The position numbers and the translations under genes were made by a program. Positions 26,091-36,400 of a stretch of DNA of 64,000 bases are shown here, one piece after another (the first letter of the stretch is position 1; each line of letters begins with the position of its first letter). Source of the stretch: Tubiluchus corallicola (lineage: Eukaryota > Animalia > Priapulida). The DNA lies in contig JAQGDQ010000366.1 of assembly GCA_030141605.1 (NCBI GenBank), positions 124,537 through 188,536 on the forward strand, written 5' to 3'. The notes beneath the pieces are model-generated. The model saw only the letters and a list, made by a program, of their open reading frames with translations. It was not told the origin of the DNA and searched no databases.

Positions 26091-27440
26091 TTACAAGAAC
26101 GGCGACGCTGTGGGGTCCACGCTTTTAAACACGTCACTAAGCGGCAATTCTGGCAACGGAACGTCAATAACTTGTTTGCTGTCTTTGGAGGCGACCACCT
26201 CAGGCGCCGCCGATGTCTGTTGCGCTTCGGGTTGAGACTGAGTTGTGTCACCGCCTGCTGAGCTCGGTTTCCTTGAAATGGGCGACTGGTTACCCGGGCT
26301 ACTACTGGAATGTTTCTCGGCTAGTCTGCGAGGCAAAGCACCGTACGTTTCCGTTTCCGTCTCTGTATCGAACATTGCGAGCGGAGACGAGTATCTCATT
26401 GACCTGGACTTGTTTTCGTCTTTAGACGCGTCCATTTCTTTTGAAGATTTCCTCTTGCGTGAGGAGACTGGTTTGCTCTCTTCTGAGTTTGCGTTTGCGT
26501 CTTGACTAGGCGACTTAACGGAACTACTTTCCCCGCCTGGAACACTTGTCTGCTTCACGTCAGTTGGCTGAAGTGAATTTGTTGATTGTACTTCATGCTC
26601 TGTGGAATTCTCATGCGACACATTTGCATCGAGTGTTTTCGCGACAAGCACGGTTGTTGTTATCGCTTCGTGGATTTCCATTTCCGAAAAGTTCCGAGCG
26701 AATGGCACTCGGCTTTCGGTAGTGAGACTCGTGGCTACAGGTGGCGACACCTCACCATGCATCGATCGGTGCTCGGATTTGTGCTGACTAGAACTCTTAG
26801 TTTTTTGGTCGTGTCTGCTGCTACCACCTGAAAGTCGTCTTTGTTCTGATCGTCCAGACCTTGATTTGCTGTCATTGAGGATGGGCAGCTTAATATCCGG
26901 CAGAGTCGGCATACCGCTTAGAGAGGTGCCGATGGGAATATTTGCAGCAAGTGAGTTTGACGGTAGAGGCGACTCCTTCAAAAGTTTTTCAACTCGTGGG
27001 TCGTTTACTAACGCGGGATCTGCATCTTTTTTCAAGACCATTTTCCTACGGAAAGCGTCACGGTCGTTGATAACATCGACCAATCTTAAATTGAGCTTGC
27101 CTTCGCCGCTAGGTCTGCGTTCTGTGCCGGAAGAGCGATGAACGCCCGAAGAACTGCTAGAGCTTCGCTTGTCTCTTCTCGAGGGAGACGGTTGAGCAAA
27201 CGCTAGCTCACGCAGGTCGACGTCTTCTGACTTTTTAGCCCGCGGATCCGCCCTCATATCGACGTCCCCCGCGGTGCCGACGCTGTTTGGAAGTACCGTC
27301 TGGAGGACAGGCATGGCATTCTGTGCTTGGTTGAGTTGTTTGCGGAGTGCGCTTAACATGCTGGCGACGTTAACGGCAGGTTGTGCGGGTGGGGTGGATG
27401 CCTGTTCTTGTCCAGGATCGTCACGGCTCCCTTCAGATGG
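26091..27440 (-). CDS. ZC3H4: ZC3H4-like last exon (DPR motifs, DPTASPF terminus)
   Basis: ctttag|CCATCT acceptor, in frame with ORF 26091..27359; ends LSDVFKSVDPTASPFL*. Confidence 0.92.
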   Translation of the reverse strand, partial: PSEGSRDDPGQEQASTPPAQPAVNVASMLSALRKQLNQAQNAMPVLQTVLPNSVGTAGDVDMRADPRAKKSEDVDLRELAFAQPSPSRRDKRSSSSSSGVHRSSGTERRPSGEGKLNLRLVDVINDRDAFRRKMVLKKDADPALVNDPRVEKLLKESPLPSNSLAANIPIGTSLSGMPTLPDIKLPILNDSKSRSGRSEQRRLSGGSSRHDQKTKSSSQHKSEHRSMHGEVSPPVATSLTTESRVPFARNFSEMEIHEAITTTVLVAKTLDANVSHENSTEHEVQSTNSLQPTDVKQTSVPGGESSSVKSPSQDANANSEESKPVSSRKRKSSKEMDASKDENKSRSMRYSSPLAMFDTETETETYGALPRRLAEKHSSSSPGNQSPISRKPSSAGGDTTQSQPEAQQTSAAPEVVASKDSKQVIDVPLPELPLSDVFKSVDPTASPFL

Positions 27441-30400
27441 CTAAAGTAAACAAATTGCCCTTTTTACACAAAGTTAAATCTAAGCAGAATTACATCTTTT
27501 CGAAGCAGACAAATGCAAGTTTAACTGTTGACACTGCATTTTTCCGCACTGTGCGGACGACTGTGCGGACACACATTATTACTGGCATGTAATAGTTCTT
27601 TTTCAAACTTCAAAATTTTAATTTATTGATTTAACACACATCATAATCACATTAATTGGCACACAATTTTGAATTACGTGAAAACGATCACTGTTATTAA
27701 AGAAATAATGAAGGGAGCCCTAAGAAGCCGTGCCTTATGACACACCACCCATAACTGTTTTTATAATAATTTTATGAAACAGTATATTTTAGTTGTTAGC
27801 AATTTTGTACACTACTATCCTAAGATAAAAAAACTACCGTTTGTTCCAAGGAAACATTACACTGTTGTGACCAAAGTTCTTATTTTAGAGTTACGTAGTT
27901 ATAAAAACAGATTTAAAAGAAACTTTATATTTTCGTTTAAAGATTGACAAGTGTTTTTCGATAATCTAACGTCTCGCGGAATATTATTCCACAAGGGGGC
28001 AATAAAACTTAATCAAATATTTCCTTATATCTGTGCAGTTGAATGAAATGATAATTTTTGTTTTGTCTAGCGCTATGAGAGTGAAGATCAGAATTTCGAA
28101 TGAAGTAGTCAGAAAGTAATTCTAGTTCAGAAAAGTTGCCAGACATTTTGCAATAAATACAGCCACCGTAATTTTCTGTTTCTAAAATTACACAAGAAAA
28201 AGTGCTCTACATTGCCTGTTATTTGAGCTGTGCTTATTGCTTGGTCATAGACGTATGAACGTATCAAGTAAAAAGAACAATATAGATATACAGTCGACCC
28301 TCGTTAAACCGGACCCCGTTAGCCCGGATATCGGATAAGACGGACGTCAACCGTGGTAAAGGAAACTGACCGATTTCCGACCGAGCCGGAGCGCTAAACA
28401 CAACACGGCTTACCAACTCACCACGAGCCATTGACGGGCCGAAGCCATTTTGTATTTAAACTGTTCAATAATTTCTTTATCCTCACAGGCTAACTATTTT
28501 AAAGTAATATACAGTATATAGTGCAATGTATATAGGCCTTATTAAGGTGATTATTCCTGTATAATATAGACCATATATAGGCATATCGAATAAATCGGAC
28601 AATCGGCTAAACCAGACCACCCCCCACCCACCAATTAGTCCGGTTTAACGAGGGTTTACTGTATATTTATTATCTGGGCAACAGTGGGATAGCTTACGTT
28701 TTCTTTGCGCACCTGTTGAAGAGTTGATGTTAGAGGTTTATCATCTCCATCTTCGTCACTCTCAGAGTACCACTCTGCAGCAGCATCTTTCGTCATTCTT
28801 TCTACATCTGCAATTAACACAAAATACTTTTTTTATTAATCTGTGAATAAAAAATTCTTATGTTACCACAGTCTTTTAGTAAAATTTGATTCATCAAGCT
28901 GTAAATCATTGACAAATTTATGCTCACCTGTTGCATCGGGGAAGTCTGGTGCTCCAGGTGGAGTTTCTCCTGCTGGTTCCTCATGCTCCTCTTTCAATTG
29001 TTGTTGCTGTTTAATTCTCAGAAACAGCTGGCGTTGTGTCACTGGCATATTGGCGAGTACCTCGTCATGTGTATCTGGCTTCTGCCTGTCCGAAGGTCCG
29101 CCCTCCAAGTGGTCAGTGCGACTGCGAGGCGATGCAAAACGCCCGGCCGTCTCGTCGCCTTCCCGTTGCTTCGAGTCGTGCGTGGTTTTGCCGCGGGGCA
29201 CACGAGGGTCGTTTCCGCCTCGCTGTCGGGGATCGTTGAGCTGACGAGAATCTCCGCTCTTGCCATCTTCTGCATCATTTTGCTGCACCAAACTCTGATC
29301 TGATGTGGTCTGATTAAGCCCTGCATTTCCCTTGGTCAGAACCTGAAGCAAATTCAGCCGTAGCTCTTCATTTATCGGCCCACCTTGTAATAACCCAGCT
29401 GCAGCTTGACTTAACAATGCCTGATTGTTCAAAAGGTTGGCATTCGGCAAGCCAAGACCTTGATTTGGCATTCTAGGGCCTTGATTTATAATTCGTGGAA
29501 CTTGGTTCATCAGACCAGGGGTTTGGTTCATTAAACTTGGCAACTGATTCATTATGCCAGGTCCTAGATTCAACATGTTGCCGGGGCCCTGATTCATAAT
29601 ACCGGGTCCCTGATTCATCAAGCCCGGACCCTGGTTCATCATTCTAGTTCCTTGATTCATCAGACCAGGGTTTTGATTCATTTGTCCAGGCCCTTGGTTC
29701 AGTGACCCCATTACTCGATTCATTGGACCGGGACCTTGATTCATTGGACCGGGACCTTGATTCAATGGACCTGGTCCTTGATTCATGAGTCCAAGACCTT
29801 GATTCATGTGCCCGGGGCCCTGGTTCAGACCAGAGCCTTGATTCATGCCGGGACCTTGATTCCTTATTTCCGGACTCGGAAAACCTAAAAAACGGAAATA
29901 ATATTTTACAATAACATAATAAATCAATCGATCAATTAATAAATCTCAATCTTTAATTATTATCAATAATCACATTAATCGGTGTCTGCTTACCACCGCC
30001 AGTGTGATTTCCAAAATCACCATCGGACTGGTCATTCCATCCTCTATCTTGATGCCTAAAGAAACCGTCTTGATGTCCTCTGCTGCCTCTACCTCTTCCA
30101 CGACCACTTCTGCCTCTTCCCCTAGCATCGTGGCCATCATCTCCACGCTTATCTCTTAAATTACTGTCGTTTTCTTTGTAAAATGACGGCCTACGTAAAC
30201 AACAAACATTTTTTCGTACTACGTCATTCATTTCATTTTTTTACAGTAAGCCTCTGGTGGCACTAAAATCAATATAATGAACAGAATTAAAACTTCAAAG
30301 ATGCTCAATTATTTTAGTGACAATGTCGGAATACAATGTTCTTGAAAGCTATCAGTATCCAGCAAAGTGTTTAATAAAACGTTAGAATAACAACGTAATC

Positions 30401-33400
30401 TGTAACTTACGGTTTCATTGTCGTAGGTTTCACGTCTAAATCCAAAAGGGAAGGCAACTGTTTTTCCTTTTCTTTCATCTCTTCCAAGACATGACTGGGA
30501 GGCGTGGGGAGAAGACTAGGTTTCTTAGATCGGTCTCTGTGTCTGTCTCTTTCTGAACCGTGCTCTTCACTCTCTAACAGCTAGAATACACAAGAAGAAA
30601 TGCAGTGAGGAAAACGTTCTAAAATTACAATCGAGTAAAATTGCCATTGTTTTCCAAACATGCAGTTCCAGCATTGTGTGAAACAATGGAACAAACAAAA
30701 CAAAAAGTACTAATTAAAAGAGTGCTTTATTATCTGACTCTATGACCAGACATCCTAAGTTGAGCAATGCTTGGTAAATCACCTGGATGAGGGACCATGT
30801 AAAACTTGCAGTTACTGAACACCAACTAAACTCAACAAGAAACTATTCAGTTATTTTTAAGATAAATAGTCCAACAGTCCCAAGACCCTTAAAACGAGAG
30901 ACACCATTTTTATGCAAGCAAATGCTAGGAAATCTCTCCAGGCGATCAAAGCAAACAGCTACAGCCCTACCTTGCCGAGAACGAGTTTTCCTTCCGCCGT
31001 GAGAGGTTCATGAGAGAATCGACAATTCTTCTGAAAACATTCGCCATTCGTGTGAAAGTAACGACACGGATAGTCGTCTAGTAAATAATGTCAAGGAGAA
31101 TGTACTAGCTGAGATAAGTCTCGTTTACGAAAGTACAGTAATAGCAGTTGCAAAATGACAATTAGTCACGTCACACAGTCATTCTGTATCATTATTTCTG
31201 GAATTGCCAAGTAATCACAGTGTGTGCTCATCAACTAAAGTTATGCAACAATAAGCCCATCGGTAAGAGAATGGGCGACTCCCTGGGAAAACACTTTTAG
31301 GAGAATATTACAAAGCAGCTAAGAGACATCTACCAGACAGTGTCTCATCTAAAAATATCGTCCTTGATAGTGAGATACATTCTAGTCTTGTCCCAGTTAG
31401 CTAAGCAGGCCCTTTTATTCAATGCTGATCCTGACTTGCAGAATGACACACTATCATAAGGTGCCTTAATGAAAAGTCTTGCTTGAACGTTGCAGCACAC
31501 AGCTGTCGCCTGAATTAGCAGTCACTTAGTTCTACATACAGCAGTACCTCTGTTTTCGACCATAATTCGTTCCTAAAAAGTGTTTGAAAACCGATTTGGT
31601 TGAGTACCGAATCATTTATTCCATACGAAATAATGTAAAAGCACATAATCCGTTCTCAAGCACCAAATGAACTGTAAAGTATTACTAAAACGAAATATAA
31701 TAACGCAAAAATGTTTATTCAAACAGTAGATATGATATAATTGATAAGAAAAACATAATTGTTCCTGCATGAAAAAAGCGGAGAAAAATGAGCGTAGAAA
31801 GCACTTAGTGATGTTAGGTGATTCAAATGTTGTGCGTGACTACTCTCGGGCGCGGTCGGTTACTCTCGGTTACGCTCGGCTCGCCGCACGTGTTCATCAC
31901 GTGTTTGGAGGTTGGTCGAGTACCGAAATTCTGGTCGAAAACGGAGACAATTTCAGCTCGAATTTTCCGGTCGAAAACCGATTTGTACGAGTACGGAGAC
32001 GTTTGACAAAGGAGGTATGACTGAATTCAAATTGTTTTCTAGAAACTTTTCCTCGGGGCAAAATTTAGCCCAACTACCCCCCTAAAATATGAAAATGAAA
32101 ATACTAAAAGTATGTAAGTGTACTATCTTAAAGAGAGAAAAGGCAATTTTAAAATATATCCCCAAAACTTTCCATGCAAATTTTGCATTACTTAGCAGTA
32201 CATTTACTTGTTTGAAAGGCTTATATAACTAGAAAAACTTAATAATTTAAAATGATCGGCCATGTGGTAAAAGGGCACTGCATTGCAATCCCAGCGTGCA
32301 CTCCTGGCTCACCAAAAAACACTATTGATCGTATTGCCAACATAAAGATATTTTAAATTTTGCTTAGTTAGCGAAGAGGCTACAAATGCTCTGATTATTT
32401 TTTCAAATTTTACGTAATGTTATCTAAATTTGTATCAAATGACTTACTATTAAAATGGATGCACCTAACTGTCATAGCAGGAGTTTAAGCTTACAAGTTT
32501 TATAAAGCGTTACTGTTAAGGCAAGCTCTGTATACAATAAAGCAGCAAGTAAATAATACAAAATTTCAACACGAGGTTTTTAAAGCGTTATTTATGAAGA
32601 GAGTTTCCTTATATTTCAAATTGTATGCTTTGTGAAGTTGTACTCAAAATACAAAATTTCAACACGGGTTTTTAAACTTTATTTATGAAGAGTGTTTCCT
32701 TATGTTTCATATTATGAAGTTGTACTCAAAAGGATACCATGCATGTATATACAATGCTTCCCCTTCATGCATTGGTCCGACAGGAAAAACTTGCAGAGCT
32801 CCAACTTTCGTGGCGGAATGACATCATGACTGAATGGACAATCTCTGCCCTAAAATAAACATCACAAGTGCTGTGCAATGGCTTCATCTACTAACACAGA
32901 AAAGCTAAGAAATGGTGACCTCCCCAATTATATCTCCAGTACATGCAGTGGTTTTCTACTACTGTCACAATTTGATGGCAGATGGCAGCACAACTGTTAC
33001 ACGATTATACTTTACAGAATCAAACCAAATCTCTGAAATCTAGTCAATCAGTTAAATAGTTTACCTTATTACACTTGCCCTCCATGAAATACTTGCACAC
33101 AGACTTCTTCTCTTGGCTCCTGTCTTTTCTTTCCCGTCTCTCCCTCGGCCTTGGAGGCTTCCTGTCACCACGCCGCTTCTTCTTGGCATCGCTTGGTGCC
33201 GGACCGCGTCCTCGCAAGAACATCTACGACAAAAATACTAGTGAAAACACAAAAACCTGACTGCTGAATGAACTGTTGTGCACTTTTGTTTTGTGGCTCA
33301 CTAGTGTGAACGTAAAAATAGTGAAGTAAAAATATAGTGGAACAACCATTACTGAACTATTAACCAACTATTACTGAAGCAAAATGCTAGTGTGAACCAG

Positions 33401-36400
33401 CCATTGGTGAAGTAAAAGGGCTAGTGTGAAGCAACCATTAATGAAGTAAAAATGCTAGTGTGAAAAATCTACTAGCCAAGTAAAAATGCTAATGTGAACT
33501 AGCCATTCGTGAAGTAAAAATACTAATGTGAACCAGCCATTAGAGAAGGAAAAATGCCAGTGTGAAGCAGCCATTAGTGAAGCAAAAATGTTAGTGTGAA
33601 CTAGTCATTAGTGAAGTAAAAATGCTAGTGTGAGCCAGCCCTTAGTGAAATAAAAATGCTATCTCAAGCTAAATCTCATACTTCTCTTTTTAGCAAGTGA
33701 GTATAATCATCCTCTTCATCTTCTTCGTCTTCCTCTTCTCCTGCTGCATCCTCGCTCTCGCCGCTCACTTCCTGTTTGTCAGCTTTTCGTTTCGACCTCG
33801 GTGGGCGCTCCTCCTCATCAGAATGTCTGTGATGCCTGTAAATGAAAGATTGAGCTCCAAACAAATCATCTGGCATTCAAGCGGAACGGAGAATCTTGTG
33901 CAAGAAACAAGTTTTGGCCAAAACTGGAAAGCGTCTTTTCAAAAAGGCTTAAAACAGTTAGTGAACTATTTGCAAATAATAGCAACCAACAGATGGAAGC
34001 ACTTGCTCTAACTGTCATGGAGAACTGGATTATTACAAGACGTCTACGTCAAGTGGCAAAGTTTACCTGTGATGCCTTCTCCGTCTCCGTTGAGGAGAGT
34101 CTTCGTCTAAACTGTCTTGATGAGGCGAACGCTGCAGCGCCGACGGCGGCGACGGCAACCAACCTTTCTCGGAATGCTGGTTCCTGTAGGAATCGTCCTC
34201 GTCTTTCTTAATGTAGTCGGCATACGGATCCATCCCCTCAATCTCTTCTTCTTCCTCCTCCGGCTCTTCTTCGACAACTTTCTTCTTTTTCTTTTTCTTC
34301 TAAAAATAGTTCACGCTTAGCAGTTCAAATCACAATCAGTTTTTTCGATTTTCATGTTGACTGAAAGAATTAATTAAATGGAATTCTACACCGTGCTGCA
34401 GTTTATGTATATTGATTATTGTTTTATAATGTACGTACAGTCTAATCTCGTTATCTCGCCCCTCGTTATGCCACCAAACTCGTCTCTCGCCATAGAAAGT
34501 ACCAGGACAGATTTCCTGCTTTGATATTTACCTCGTTAAGTCGCCATCCTCGCTTCTCGCCCTTGCCACGTCATGCTAGGACGAGTGCTTATGTAAACTA
34601 TATTCGTTATGTCGCCAAACAGACAAACTCAGAGGTGAATCGATCAATACATATACCGCGTGTCGATCAATATAACCGCAGTATGTAGACAATGCTGCTG
34701 CACTCGATAGACAGACATAATTAATCTAGTGTGTGTCTCACCAGGATTAGATTAGGAGTGCTGTGGTTGGTTAATGCGCAGAGAAACTAAAGCATCACCG
34801 ATATCCTTACTTAGGAAACTAAAGCGTCACCTAAGATTATTTTTATGACATTTTTTCATTTCTGATTTAATGTTGATTGGTATCATAATGCGAAATATAT
34901 TTTATATGTACATACAGGAACACTATGTTAATCAACTATTATATACAGTATGCATATACATATAGACTAACTTCGTTATATTCCCGTTATCTCGCCATAC
35001 TCGCCTCTCGCCAAAAATTTGCCCTAGACGGACAGTGGCGAGATAACGAGGTCAGACTGTAGGTATTTACTTAGGTACAGTTTTCGCAACGTGCGGGATT
35101 TGCCTTCAACAAAAAATGTCAATAAAATGTCCCACCTTGGGCTTTGATTTCACATCTTGCATTCCGTTTTCGTCCGGGTCAATGCTCTCCAGCAGCTCAT
35201 CAAGGTCGGACGTTGGCTCTCCTCTGTACATGCGAACATCCCTCTCTTTGAGAATAAAGTCCCTCTAAAGTAGAAGAGGAAAACAATAAAACAATAAACG
35301 AAAACAATAATTCATTAGCGATTGCTTTCTAGCCATGATAACACGGTATCAGCTACATAAGTTTCTCTGGTATCTTTTGACTGCATTATCCGCTGCAGCC
35401 CAATATTGCTTTTGTGTCCTTTCTTGACAGCAAGAATTGTCCTGTTCTATTAGACGTGACCCTACTGTTCTTCCCCCATCCCATACTATTTAATCTTGCA
35501 CACACATGTACATAACAGTATCGGAAAACGGTATTAGCGATAGTTGTCTTCTCTACCCTGTCTGAAGAACTGTTTTGTCCACTCTTTTGGTTCGCTTATG
35601 CTCACTTCACTCCTGCCTTGCTTGCACTTTGTAATTCTGTTCTATCATACTTCATTCTATCATGATTTAACCTCTGAATCCTTTTCTCCTTTCATTTTAT
35701 TCAGTTTTGCAGATCTGGACTTAACAATGTATTATTTGAAGCACCATCTTTAACAAACACCAGCTGCATTTGTAAGAAGGTGACTGTGACAGGCAATAAA
35801 CAACACTGCAACTGCAAAAAATCACTTGCCCGCATTGGCGAACGGGGCGGGGGACAGGGGACAGGGGGGAGGCAGACTGTCCCCCCAAATTTTCGGGTTT
35901 CAAAAAATTCGAACAAAATTTACGCCCAAATTCAGGCAGAACTGCCCTTTATATTTTCAGAAAATAGTTTTTTCAACTTCGAAATTGACATTTTTTCAAA
36001 TTTCAATCGTCATCGCCTTATTTTTTCCTGGAATTCAAATATGGCCCGAATCTTGAGAGAGTGATATTTATGCCATTCACCTGGATGCCCGAATCTTGAT
36101 TTCATAGGAGGCATTGTCTGTGCCGACTCCCGGTCCCAGACAGGCAGTCAGAGTGGTCTGGAAACAATTAGCATTCGCAAAATTGAAAATATACTAGTCG
36201 CTGTGTTGTCTGCAGGTCTCCGATAGCTTATAAAACTCGCTTCCTGTCTTCGGTGCGCACACATTGATTGTTCGCCAGCGATCAGCAAATACAAATTCCC
36301 CATTATTTCATATTATTTACAAAATCCCGACTGTGTCATCTCGGTCATTCTATGTTCACTGGGAGTAAACTGTACTGTTCTGGAAGTTATCGCCGCACTT

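Noticed and set aside
26213-29303. Plus-strand ORFs overlapping ZC3H4-like exons
   Set aside because: Antisense shadows of GC-richer coding exons with no recognisable motifs
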